This document shows, piece after piece, positions 10,638 to 20,854 of a stretch of DNA of 64,000 nt. The DNA is taken from positions 160,001-224,000 of the forward strand of contig CAWGYD010000006.1 in NCBI GenBank assembly GCA_963826785.1, read 5' to 3'. The position numbers were made by a program, and so were the translations under genes. The number at the start of each line of letters is the position of its first letter. Within the stretch, counting starts at the first letter, position 1. The notes below the pieces were generated by a model, which ran no database searches, was not told the DNA's origin, and saw only the letters and a program-made list of their open reading frames with translations. This DNA is from an uncultured delta proteobacterium (GTDB taxonomy: Bacteria; Desulfobacterota; Desulfobacteria; Desulfobacterales; Desulfosalsimonadaceae).

Positions 10638-11686
10638 TTATTTTAATTCATGGCTTTCAATGGCTGTTGCCACCTTCTCCATCCAGCCAATAAGTATTTG
10701 AATTTCTATGTTGTTGAACTTGCGGTTTATCAAAGCTTTGAGTTCTCTGCCTGCCGGTTGAAATAGACCTGTTGCCTGCGCCTCTTGCCAAAGTACATTC
10801 ATTTCTGATTCTGGGACGTCCAATTTACTCAGGAGCCCGCCTCTACCGATAAGGGCCGTGTAAACTGACTGTTTGAAAACTGCTTTTGGCGGATAGCCGT
10901 AGCAAATGGCGACATGTACACCATTTTTGTCAACGTTCAGTGAGAAACCCTTTGTCCCCCAGTGAAGGGGAAATGATTTCTCTGCTGCAAACTTGAGCAG
11001 TTGGCCGAAAACTTCTTTGCCGTTCGTGTCCAAAGACTCCATGAATGAATCTTGCGAGACAATCGGCAAGGCCCCGGAGGTTATTTGTTTTATTTTTGTT
11101 GGTTCTTTCCCAACTACAATGTCATAGGAAAAAGATGCTTGCCTCCATTCGCCTGAAAATAAGAAAACTCAAGGCATGTGACTCTCATGCCTTTTCTGCG
11201 TAGGAAAGATGCCGTTTGTCGAATTTCTCCAGTGACTCGTTGGCCAACGAGGACAATACGCTGCTCTTTATTGAAGGAAACAGCTTCATCTGAAGTGAGT
11301 TCAAAATAATTTCTATGATAGCTGGCAAGGTTTAGTGCCTCGTCACTTACATAACGCTGGAGAATTTCTTCTAACTGATCGGTGTCAAGTTCCTCCACAA
11401 ATGATGCATATTCCAATGCCTGGGCCAAAGTGTCACGAGGGGTTCTGTCCCGTTTCAATTCGATAACGACAGTATTTCCTTCCCTGTCAATTCCTAAAAG
11501 ATCGATTATACTCCCAAGATTTGTTGTGACCTGCCGGCCAATAATGAGGAGTTTGCCGTCTTCAAGAATATCGTCGGCGTTACTTTCAAGCCAATTTTCT
11601 AATATCGATTCCTCATGGTCGACATGGAAATGGGTTTGAGAGAACTCCTCAAATTTGCCGTCTTCTTTGATGCTGAATATTCTCAT
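10638..11686 (-). CDS. NucS/DUF91-like PD-(D/E)xK endonuclease with C-terminal domain (one frameshift near 11130); second integron cassette
   Basis: ESILENWL...IGRQV...IDLLGIDREGNTVVIELKR...QALEY; continues into ORF 10638-11069. Confidence 0.78.
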
Positions 11687-11697
11687 ATGCCTTTATC

Positions 11698-11754
11698 GCC
11701 GAACACTAAAATCACAGGCGCATGCTGTTTTGCGTCCTGCGCTTATGGTTAGAG
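11698..11754 (-). mobile_element. Integron attC site
   Basis: Minus strand CTCTAAC...GTTCGGC; stem CAGG(A)CGC / GCGCCTG; R'' overlaps the TIR stop codon. Confidence 0.72.
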
Positions 11755-12455
11755 CGCAACCAGCTCGGCGAGCTTGGCCGCGACGTCTGCCATCGACTCT
11801 TCTGCAGTGCTCAGGCCGCTTCGCGAGGCCGAGCAGGGGGCTGACTTCGCGGAGAGCTTCATACGTCGTCCCGTGCACGAATGGGAACGAGCCGCTCACG
11901 CGCGAGGAGTGCCGAAAGTTCTTTGTCAGCGATGCCCTCTGCTGGAAGGCGGCGCAGCAGCGCAGGGGTCACCAGCACGATCCCGACTTGCGAGTTCGCC
12001 AAGCCCTTGTCGATTGCGCGGAGCAACGGCACGCCGAGGCCAACGTCCTTCTCGCTGAACCAGACCGAGACACCGCGTGACTCCAGCAGATCGTGCAGCT
12101 CCTTGGCGGCCCCCTGCCGGTCGTCCCACGCGTGGCATAGGAAGACATCCCGAAGGTCAGGCAGCTTCGCTAGGTTCTCGACGCTGTTGCGGACCGGCGT
12201 GAGTGCCCGCACCTCGTCAGGCGTGTAAGCACACTGACGAACCGGCTGGCGACCAGCGCGGCCTTGCGCTGCTGCCGGACCCGCCGCCGCTGCTCCGGCC
12301 GCCCCCGCTGCTCCCGACGAGGAGTAGGACGGGGACGAGTACGACCCGTAGCTGCTGTAGCCGCCGTAGCGGCCATAGCGGCTACCGCATGCAGGGCAGT
12401 TCGCTGCGGCGCTCGCTGAGCGATGGCCCTATACTGGTGCTGTGCATCTAGCCAT
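11749..12455 (-). pseudogene. TIR-domain protein with N-terminal Cys/His motif and Gly/Ser linker (in-frame TAG at codon 9 plus frameshifts); first integron cassette
   Basis: Reconstructed as MARCTAPV*GHRSASAAANCPAC...DVFLCHAWDDRQGAAKELHDLLESRGVSVWFSE...IDKGLANS...ADKELSALL...AKLAELVAL; GC visibly higher than neighbours. Confidence 0.75.
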
Positions 12456-12482
12456 TTCTTCTACCTTCCAGTTGTACTGATT

Positions 12483-12520
12483 GCTCTAACAATTTCTTCT
12501 AAGGATTTACGCCAGATATC
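12483..12520 (-). mobile_element. Integron core site (GTTAGAGC) at the head of the array, possibly an attI remnant
   Basis: ...CCTTAGAAGAAATT-GTTAGAGC; complementary to the GCTCTAAC at the end of the TIR cassette; no attC hairpin upstream. Confidence 0.55.
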
Positions 12521-12559
12521 ACGCAGCCAGGCATGTTATCCAGAAAGAAAGCAGTTTCA

Positions 12560-13831
12560 TCATCCCAACGCCCCATTCCACACCTCGAAATGGTACTGAT
12601 TGTTCTCCTCCTTGCGGTAGAAGGCAATGTAGGTCAGCACTTTCCAGCCGATGAACTCCCGGTTGGCCGGATCCAGAGCGACCCGGTTCCAGGTCTGGCG
12701 CCAGGTGCCCGTGTTGAAGTAGATCCGGTTCCGGATGTCGCCGGGGCCGGCCGGGACCTGGTCCATGGGCAGGATCAGGTGGTCGTGGGTGTGCCCGTAT
12801 ATCACGCAGTCCGCCTCGCCGGAGCGCACTTTCGGCTCGGCAAGGGCGCGCCGGTGATAGTCGCCTTCCATGGCCGACGGGAAATACCGGGTTTTGAAAT
12901 CCGCGATCGATTCCAGGAGCCGCTTGGAGATCCGGGAGGAAAGGTGCAGGGCGATCTGCAGCTTGTCGATGGCGTCCGGCCGGAAGGGGACATCCATGTG
13001 TTTGATGAAGGGGATTTTGAAAAATTCATCCACGCAGGCGCACCAGACCGCTTCGACGGCCTTGCGGGCCGCATCGTTTTGGATGCGGTTGAGCGTCATC
13101 AGGACCCAGCAGGGAACATCCAGCAGGGGGCGGACGTTGTCGATCTCCTTGAGATTTTCCACGATCTCCGCCCTGCCGCCCGGCGTGACCGCCCCTTTAT
13201 CCACAAGGCCGTCCAGCGCCCGCCCGGCCTCCTCCGGGAACCGGTTCAACAGGTCGATGACAATGGCGTCGCCGATGGAGGAGCTGTCCCGGCTCCCCAT
13301 GCAGTTGAGGTCGTCGTACCTGTCGCCGTGCCGGGCGATGGTCCGGTAAGCCGGGTCGAAAATCTCCTCCGGGAAGGTCGGGGCGGCTGCGGCATCCGGC
13401 ATCCCCAGGGCTTCGGCTGCCAGGCGCCTGGTTTCCGGATACCGGTTGATCAGCCAGTCGTGGTTGCCGATGACATAGTGCATCTCAAAATTGATCGACT
13501 GTTTTTGCGCGAAATCCCGAAGGGCGTTCAAGTGGGAGAGCGATTTTTTGTTTTCCCGGATGATCCCGTCCAGGATGGCCGTGACCATGGCCTGCTGCTC
13601 CGGGCCGGGGTCCGACCAGGGCCGGACCGCCCCATCCAGCCACCGGGTGGACCGGATCACGTCAAAGATATCCCCCAGCAGCACGATTTTGAGCTCGGAC
13701 ACGGTGCTTTTCCGGTTGACGGTCTTGACCAGGTTTTTCAGGTTGTCGCAAAACAGCGCAAAAGCCCCCGGGCGGATGGTCCGGCCCGAGGTGCCGTCGG
13801 TGAGGTGGGTATCGCTGATAAACACTTGCAT
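12560..13831 (-). CDS. Calcineurin-like metallophosphoesterase
   Basis: ISDTH, LGDIFD, GNHD, HGD, GHTH, NTGTW motifs. Confidence 0.85.
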   Translation of the reverse strand: MQVFISDTHLTDGTSGRTIRPGAFALFCDNLKNLVKTVNRKSTVSELKIVLLGDIFDVIRSTRWLDGAVRPWSDPGPEQQAMVTAILDGIIRENKKSLSHLNALRDFAQKQSINFEMHYVIGNHDWLINRYPETRRLAAEALGMPDAAAAPTFPEEIFDPAYRTIARHGDRYDDLNCMGSRDSSSIGDAIVIDLLNRFPEEAGRALDGLVDKGAVTPGGRAEIVENLKEIDNVRPLLDVPCWVLMTLNRIQNDAARKAVEAVWCACVDEFFKIPFIKHMDVPFRPDAIDKLQIALHLSSRISKRLLESIADFKTRYFPSAMEGDYHRRALAEPKVRSGEADCVIYGHTHDHLILPMDQVPAGPGDIRNRIYFNTGTWRQTWNRVALDPANREFIGWKVLTYIAFYRKEENNQYHFEVWNGALG

Positions 13832-14315
13832 TTTGCGGTGATGCCCCTGTAGCATGGGCAGGCTGGCGGGATTTGAGGGATTTTCCGCCGGCTGCCGCGG
13901 ATGGTTCGCCGGAATTGGAACAACCGTGGTGATTTCGTTTAACGAAAAAGTGATGATAATGATAAAGAGCAAATTTGTTCTGATAACTTGCCGGACTGAT
14001 AGCATAAATATCATCAGATCACAAGCACTTATCTACCAGGCGGGGCACTACTCTGTAGGCCGTCCGTGCGGGATAAGCCTGCAAATTTTACATAAGTTCG
14101 CTTCCGGATTGGCGCGCCGTGCTTGAAGATGTTTCTCAGATGCCTGCCGCAAACCGAGATGTCCCATGCGGAAGCGGATGCACACTGTTTTAAGTTGACG
14201 CGGTAGCCCGCGGATGCCGGGAGAGGATTTTCCGCGGGAGAAGGTTGTTTCCCATTGCCTCGGAAAACAAACCTCGTCTGAAACGCTTTTGTGGAAGGCT
14301 TAGAACCTGCGTAAT

Positions 14316-14610
14316 CTACTCCACATGCAAGGCATCAAGAACAGCGCCGGGGTTTTTTGATGCGATTCGCAGCAAGGCCTTGGCCGGGCCTTCGGGTTTT
14401 CTTCTGCCCTGCTCCCAGTTCTGTAATGTACGCACACTGACGCCAATCATAAGCGCGAATTCATTCTGGGACACATTGAGTTTTTCTCTCACAGCCCTGA
14501 TTTCAGGTGGTTTGATTTCAGATACACGGCCTGGCGCCTTGCGGCCGGCCTTTATCTCGCCGGCTTCCTTGATGCTGGCGAACTAATTTTTCAAATTTTT
14601 CATTTTTCAT
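14316..14610 (-). CDS. HTH antitoxin (HigA2/NadS-like; one frameshift near 14580); absent from the ORF track
   Basis: MKNEKFEKLV/ASIKEAGEIK...REKLNVSQNEFALMIGVSVRTLQNWEQGRRKPEGPAKALL; ATGA overlap with the toxin. Confidence 0.8.
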
Positions 14611-14920
14611 GATAATAATTCCCTGACCAGTTTACGGAGCAGCTTGAGCTGGTCCGACGTCAAATCTTCTTTTTCAGTCTTCCGATATGGAAAGAGCATG
14701 AAAATTTTTTCAGGAGGATCCCAATAATAAATGATTCGCAATGCACCTCTTTTCCACGAGCAGGGAGATTCCAACGAATTTTCCGCAAGCCGCCACTTCC
14801 CTTTATCAGATTTCCGGCATCCGGCCGAAGCATCAATGAAGTTTGAAGCATCCGATAATGATCGTCGGATATCAGAGTTTGAATTTCCTTCGTGAAAATG
14901 GAAGTTTCGATGAAAATCAT
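14607..14920 (-). CDS. RelE/HigB2-like toxin (one frameshift near 14750)
   Basis: MIFIETSIFTK...PDAGNLIKGSGGLRKIRW.../RGALRIIYYW...YRKTEKEDLT. Confidence 0.82.
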
Positions 14921-14926
14921 AACAGG

Positions 14927-14954
14927 ATGATACGCCATTGGCGTATTTTGTCAA
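14927..14954 (-). promoter_or_regulatory. TA promoter with perfect palindromic operator; probably leaderless
   Basis: TTGACA-16 bp-TATCAT, ATG 6 nt later; ATACGCCA-A-TGGCGTAT at 14930-14946. Confidence 0.7.
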
Positions 14955-14991
14955 GCCATCCTATTTGAAACAAATAAAAACAGGTACTCCT

Positions 14992-15775
14992 ATGAATCTT
15001 CCCATCTACCAGATCGATGCGTTTACGGGCAAACTGTTTGCCGGAAATCCGGCGGCCGTGGTGATTTGCGAATCGAAGCTTTCGAGCGAGCTGATGCAGG
15101 CGATTGCCTCGGAAAACAACCTCTCTGAAACCGCTTTTGTGGAGGGCCGGGAAGGGGCGCTTCAGATCCGGTGGTTTACGCCGGCAGTGGAGGTGGACCT
15201 GTGCGGGCATGCCACCCTGGCCGCGGCCCATGTCCTGTTCAACCATCGCGGTTTTGCCGCGCCGAAGGTGACCTTTTCCTCAAAAAGCGGGCCCCTGCAT
15301 GTCCGGCGGGAGGGGGAGGTGCTCTATCTGGATTTTCCGGCCGATTCGATTTCTGCGGTCGAGCCGCCCGGGGAATTGATCCGCGGGCTGGGGGAAACGC
15401 CCTCGGAAGTCTTTCGGGGCAGAGACGACTACCTGGCCGTCTTCGATTCCGAGGCGCAGATTGCCGCGCTGAATCCGGACATGGCGCATGCTTGCCCGGG
15501 TGCCTTCCCGAGGGGTGATCGTCTCCGCCCGGGGCAGCGACGTTGACTTTGTCTCCCGGTTTTTTGCGCCCCGGGTGGGCGTTTCCGAAGACCCGGTGAC
15601 CGGGTCGGCCCACACCACCCTCATCCCCTACTGGTCTGCGCGGCTGTCCAAAAAGGAGATGCGGGCGAAGCAGGTCTCAAAGCGCGGCGGGGAGCTGGTC
15701 TGCCGGGACCTTGGGGAGCGGGTGGAGATCGGCGGGAGGGCGGTTACGTATCTTACCGGGGAAATCCGGATTTGA
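14992..15775 (+). CDS. PhzF-family isomerase (frameshift near 15487)
   Basis: QIDAF...GNPAAV...NLSETAF...EVDLCGHATLA...EDPVTGSAH. Confidence 0.88.
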
Positions 15776-15778
15776 TTT

Positions 15779-16075
15779 TTATGATTTCGGCTCCAACGAA
15801 CCATTCAGATATTTATGCACAATGCTTGAAATAAGTGTTTGATAAGGTATGCCTTCTTCAATTGCCTTGATCTGGATTCGATGATAATCCTTTTGAGAAA
15901 GACGAAGATTGATTCGTTTATCCTTTTTCAAAGTATTTCGAGCAGCTTCTATTGCTTTTTTTCTTTCCTGATCAGAATTTTTAACCGGCTGCCACTCATC
16001 ACGTTCAATTGATTCCATCAGGTCTTTTTCTTCCTGATCGATTGGCTTAAATGCCTTTTTTTTGATTTTATTCAT
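15779..16075 (-). CDS. Antitoxin (CopG/BrnA-like RHH)
   Basis: KDKRINLRLS...IKAIEEGIPYQTLISSIVHKY; adjacent to the BrnT-like gene. Confidence 0.8.
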   Translation of the reverse strand: MNKIKKKAFKPIDQEEKDLMESIERDEWQPVKNSDQERKKAIEAARNTLKKDKRINLRLSQKDYHRIQIKAIEEGIPYQTLISSIVHKYLNGSLEPKS

Positions 16076-16345
16076 CTATTCCCCCTTCAAGCCATATTTT
16101 TTGGTGTATTTCCGGCTTGGAAAAGCTGTTTTTAAAAATATCTCATCCTCATTTTCCACGTAAGGTACGATGATGGCATAATGGTCGATTTCTAAAACAT
16201 ACATCCTTTGATCGGGATACCCTGGATTTTCCTCGATTCCGATTACCTGGCCAGACTCGATTAAATATGCGATTTCCTCAAAGGATATCCCTCTTTCGCG
16301 TTTTAAGATTTCATTTTTCCCCAGATTCCAATTCAAATATTTCAT
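16076..16345 (-). CDS. BrnT-family toxin
   Basis: WNLGKNEILKRERGISFEEI...FLKTAFPSRKYTKKY. Confidence 0.82.
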   Translation of the reverse strand: MKYLNWNLGKNEILKRERGISFEEIAYLIESGQVIGIEENPGYPDQRMYVLEIDHYAIIVPYVENEDEIFLKTAFPSRKYTKKYGLKGE

Positions 16346-16351
16346 GCAGAA

Positions 16352-16380
16352 AACATATGTTCATGTCTGCCTTTTGTCAA
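16352..16380 (-). promoter_or_regulatory. TA promoter; probably leaderless
   Basis: TTGACA-17 bp-TATGTT, ATG 6 nt later, no Shine-Dalgarno. Confidence 0.65.
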
Positions 16381-16600
16381 CCGATTTTTGGGATAAATGG
16401 AGGGAGGGCGGCAGGGTTCCCCCATGGGGGGATCAGTGAGCTGTCGGGTTGGCGCATGGTGCGGAAATGTTTATTTTTTAATTGCAAATGTGCTTTCAAC
16501 AAAGTAAAAAATCTTCCACCAAGACGCCAATGCATAAATTTGCAGTCGTTTGGTGGAGTCTCCCTTTATTGTTAAGGATTACCAGACAGGGGGAATTTAC

Positions 16601-17780
16601 ATGGCAAGAGTCCTCATTATCGGCGCGGGCGGGGTGGGCAAGGTGGTCACCCACAAGTGCGCCCAGATCCCGGAGGTGTTTTCAGACATCTGCCTGGCCA
16701 GCCGGACGAAGGAAAAATGCGACCGGATCGCCGCGGAGCTGTCCCGGCCCATCGAGACCGCGCAGGTGGATGCGGACGATGTTTCCCAGACGGTTGCGCT
16801 GATGCAAAAATTTAAGCCGGACGTGGTGATCAACGTGGCCCTGCCCTACCAGGACCTGCATATCATGGATGCCTGCCTGGAAGCCGGGGTCGATTACCTG
16901 GATACCGCCAATTACGAGCCGCCGGACGAGGCGAAATTCGAATATCGCTGGCAGTGGGACTACCAGGACAAGTTTAAGTCAAAGAACCTCATGGCCCTGC
17001 TGGGCAGCGGGTTTGATCCCGGGGTGACCAACGTGTTTACCGCCTATGCCAAAAAGCACCATTTCGACGAAATCCACGAACTGGACATCATCGACTGCAA
17101 CGCCGGCGAGCACGGCCAGCCCTTTGCCACCAATTTCAATCCGGAAATCAACATCCGGGAGGTGACCGCCAAGGGCAAATACTGGGAAAACGGCGACTGG
17201 GTGGAGACCGAGCCCCTGTCGGAGGCCAAGACCTATCGATTTCCCGGAGGGCATCGGCCCCCGCAAAATCTACCTGATGTACCACGAGGAGCTGGAGTCC
17301 CTGGTCCGGCACTTCCCGGAAATCAGGCGAGCGCGGTTCTGGATGACCTTTTCGGACAACTATCTCAAGCACCTGGAGGTGCTCCAAAACGTGGGCATGA
17401 CCCGCATCGACCCGGTGAAATTCGAAGGCTGCGAGATCATCCCCCTGCAGTTTTTAAAGGCCCTGCTCCCGGACCCGGGGTCCCTGGGCCCGGTGACAAA
17501 GGGGCGCACCTGCATCGGCTGCCACATCAAGGGGGTCAAGGACGGCAAAGAGAAGACCTATTACATCTACAACATCTGCGACCACCAGGCAGCCTTCAAA
17601 GAAGTGGGCTCCCAGGCCATCTCCTACACCACCGGCGTGCCGGCCATGATCGGGGCCATGATGATGGTGAAGAACCTGTGGCGCGGCGCCGGGGTGTTCA
17701 ACATGGAGCAGTTCGACCCCGACCCCTTTATGGATGCCTTGAACCAACACGGACTGCCATGGACCGAAATTTTCCTTTAA
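16601..17780 (+). CDS. Carboxy(nor)spermidine dehydrogenase (saccharopine dehydrogenase family; frameshift near 17250)
   Basis: IIGAGGVG, NVALPYQDL, YLDTANYEP, GFDPGVTN, ATNFNPEINIRE, AISYTTGVPA; next to nspC. Confidence 0.88.
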
Positions 17781-18920
17781 ACCTCGACCCGCACCGGGTC
17801 CCCTCCCCCAGCTACGTGGTCTGCGACGAGGCCCTGGAGCAAAACCTTGCCGTGCTGGCCCGGGTCAAGCAGGAAACCGGCTGCCGCATCCTGCTGGCCT
17901 TGAAGGCCTTTGCCATGCACAGCGTCTTTCCCCTGCTGCGCAAAACCCTGGACGGCACCTGCGCCTCAGTCGCCCTTCGAGGCCCGGCTGGGAAAGGAAA
18001 TGTTCGGCAAATTGGTGCACACCTTCGGCGCGGCCTACAGCGAAGCCGATGCTTGCGGCGGTCGTCCGCTATTCCGATCACCTGATCTTCAACTCCTTTG
18101 CCCAGTGGCGCCGATTTCGCCCATGGTGGAAAAATCCAGAAAGACCCATCGCCTGCGGGCTGCGGGTCAACCCCGAGCATTCCGAAGCCCCGGCGGCGAT
18201 CTATGATCCCGCGGCGCCGGGTTCCCGCCTGGGCATCCGGTCGGGAACAGTTTGAGGGACAGTCCTTGGACGGGATTTCCGGGCTGCATTTCCATACCTT
18301 GTGCGAACAGAATGCCGACGCCCTGGAGCGCACCCTGGCGGCCTTTGAGGCCCGGTTTGCCGAATTTATGCCGCAGATGTCCTGGTTGAATCTCGGGGGC
18401 GGGCACCACATCACCCGCAAAGACTATGATGTGGACCTGCTGATTGAACTGGTCAATGGACTGAAGCGAGAAATACGGGGTGGATATCTATCTTGAGCCG
18501 GGGGAAGCGGTGGCCTTGAATGCCGGGGTCCTGGTGGCCACGGTGTTGGACATCGTCTACAATACCCTGCCCATCGCCATTCTGGATGCGTCGGCGGCCA
18601 CCCACATGCCCGATGTTCTGGAGATGCCCTACCGGCCCGGGGTGATCGGCGCCGGCGAACCCGGCGAAAAACCCCACACCTTCCGCCTGGCCGGCCCCTC
18701 CTGCCTGGCCGGGGACGTCATCGGCGACTATTCCTTTGATGCGCCGCTGAAGGTCGGATCGAAACTGGTGTTTTTGGACATGGCCCACTACACCATGGTG
18801 AAAACCAACATGTTCAACGGCATCAATCTTCCCGCCATCGTCCGGTTCAATGCAGGGGCGGACACCTATGAGGTGGTTCGGAAATTCGGATACGAGGATT
18901 ACATCGGCCGGCTGTCATGA
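17759..18920 (+). CDS. nspC: Carboxynorspermidine decarboxylase (several frameshifts)
   Basis: PSPSYV...LLALKAF, GLRVNPEHS, GLHFHTLCEQ, NLGGGHHIT, EPGEAVAL, HMPDVLEMPY, SCLAGD, HYTMVKT spread over frames. Confidence 0.85.
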
Positions 18921-18959
18921 GGGATATCTGACTTTATTTTGTGGCAACCGGAAAGTCTA

Positions 18960-19110
18960 ACACCCCCCTTAGCCCCCCTCGAGGGGGGAATCGAACAGGG
19001 ATGGGGAGGGCGTCCGGATGGCGGCCCGGCATTCCCTTCATCCAGTGCGTCCAGATCGGGGGGAATCAAACAGGGATGGTGGGCGTTCCGGATGGCGGAC
19101 TCAGGGCATC
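18960..19110 (+). repeat. C/G-run palindromic REP-like element plus a ~50-bp tandem duplication
   Basis: ACACCCCCCTTAGCCCCCCTCGAGGGGGGAATC; GGGGGGAATC.AACAGGGATGG...CCGGATGGCGG occurs twice. Confidence 0.7.
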
Positions 19111-19670
19111 AGGACCAGGCCGATGACGATGCCGAGCACCAGGATGAGGCCGCCCCAGAGAAAGAATTGGCCAATGGGGAGTTTCGGCTTTTCCATGGGG
19201 TAATGGGCCCGCGGCGGTATGGGTGGAAATCTGGGCTCGGAAGCGGGTTGAGCATCGTTTTTGAGCCCTTCGCGCAGGCGCGCCAGCTGGGAGGTATTCA
19301 AAACGGTGGTGCCGTCCAGGTCCTCCCTTGAGATCTGGCCGCTTCTGGGCTTTACTTCATCCGTATCCGCCAGGATCATCCGCAGGGAAAACTTGCCGAT
19401 GCTGATGACATCGTTGTCATGAAGCGTGGCTTCTCTGATCTTCTGATCGTTTAAAAAGGTGCCGTTGGTGCTGCCCAGGTCTTTTACCGCCCAGGGGCCG
19501 CCAATCGTCCTTTCCAGCCGCGTATGCTCCCGCGAAATACCGGTGTTGTCGATGAAAATATCCGCCGTGGGAAGGCGGCCGATCAAGACGTTGTCCTGGG
19601 TGAATGCATACGTCTTGATAATATGATCCTTTATCATCAGATCGATTTTCAATACCTGCTCATCACTCAT
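19101..19670 (-). CDS. FHA-domain protein with C-terminal membrane anchor
   Basis: IGRLPTADIFID...ISREH...DLGSTNGTFLN; terminal TM helix. Confidence 0.88.
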   Translation of the reverse strand: MSDEQVLKIDLMIKDHIIKTYAFTQDNVLIGRLPTADIFIDNTGISREHTRLERTIGGPWAVKDLGSTNGTFLNDQKIREATLHDNDVISIGKFSLRMILADTDEVKPRSGQISREDLDGTTVLNTSQLARLREGLKNDAQPASEPRFPPIPPRAHYPMEKPKLPIGQFFLWGGLILVLGIVIGLVLMP

Positions 19671-19977
19671 CGATTTTTCTCCTCCCCCGATAGTCCACCC
19701 CTGTATGCCCCCTCAGGCAAGTAGTATAATTTCATATTATAATTCAGTAGATTGCATTATTTCGTCGGCATGTCAAGCCCAAACAGAGGCCTTTTTGCAG
19801 TCAAAACAGGGCCTGAAATCGATAAACATGATTGCTATTTATTCCATTTTCTTGTATTTTTCCGATATGTAGCCTGTAGTGAGGATATCATCGGAAAGCA
19901 AAGCTTAAGATGGATTTTTCCTTCGACTTCGTTTGCTTTGCCGGAAATCAGAAAGCGTTGTCCGCCAGATCGCGATT

Positions 19978-20814
19978 ATGCATCAATTAAATTTCGGGTT
20001 CAAAACCCATGTCGGCAATGTGCGTTCCCACAATGAGGATTGCCTGCGCACGGTGCCGGAGTCGGGGTTGTGGGTCGTGGCAGACGGCATGGGCGGCCAT
20101 GAAGGCGGTGAAACCGCCTCCGCCATTGCCGTGGAGGTCATCGTCAAACAGGTCTGCGGCGGCATAAGCCTGCAAGAATCCATCCTGAACGCCCATCACG
20201 CCATCAAGCAGGCCAGCCGGGAAGGCAAAGGCCCCGAGGGCATGGGCACCACCGTGGTGGCATTAAGCGCCATCGAGGACCGGTATGAAATCGCCTGGGT
20301 GGGGGACTGCCGGGCTTATTTGTGGGACGGCGGCCACCTGCAGCTTCTGACCAGGGATCATTCCTACGTCCAGCACCTGGTGGATACCGGCGTGATCTCC
20401 GCCGGGGAATCCGACCGCCACCCCTACCAGGATATCCTGCTTCAGGCGCTGGGGGCAAAGGACATCCCGGATGTCACCGTGGACCGGCTGACCAAAGATT
20501 GGCACCGCAGCGAACAGGTCCTGCTCTGCAGCGACGGGCTCACCAAGGAACTCGACCATCAGGGCATCTCCGATATCCTTGCCCTCGATATAGACGAGCA
20601 GGCAAAAGTGGAGCGCCTCATTAACACGGCCCTGGAACATGGCGGAAAAGACAATATCACGGCCGTCCTGATTTCGGCAAAGGACACGGCGCCCGCAAAA
20701 TCGCAGGCTGACGATACCGTACCCATCGATACCCGGCCGCTGCAGCCCGGCGGATTCATCTCCAGGCTGCGCGCCTTTTTCAAATGCATCGGATACAGAT
20801 CAAGGATGCAATGA
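19978..20814 (+). CDS. PP2C-family Ser/Thr phosphatase
   Basis: RSHNED, VADGMGGHEGG, GMGTT, WVGDCRAY, LCSDGL, GGKDNITAV. Confidence 0.92.
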   Translation: MHQLNFGFKTHVGNVRSHNEDCLRTVPESGLWVVADGMGGHEGGETASAIAVEVIVKQVCGGISLQESILNAHHAIKQASREGKGPEGMGTTVVALSAIEDRYEIAWVGDCRAYLWDGGHLQLLTRDHSYVQHLVDTGVISAGESDRHPYQDILLQALGAKDIPDVTVDRLTKDWHRSEQVLLCSDGLTKELDHQGISDILALDIDEQAKVERLINTALEHGGKDNITAVLISAKDTAPAKSQADDTVPIDTRPLQPGGFISRLRAFFKCIGYRSRMQ

Positions 20815-20854
20815 TTTAAGATATCCGGTCCCGAACCCGGGAATAGTCTGCCCC

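Noticed and set aside
12429..12431. TAG in the TIR gene as pyrrolysine or recoding
   Set aside because: The same gene has frameshifts and no pyl context; mutation or sequencing error is simpler.
13850..14300. Possible integron integrase remnant or riboswitch
   Set aside because: No tyrosine-recombinase motifs or recognisable riboswitch consensus seen.
16550..18085. 511-aa ORF as a dehydrogenase-decarboxylase fusion
   Set aside because: Produced by a frameshift near 17250; the middle part is out-of-frame sequence.
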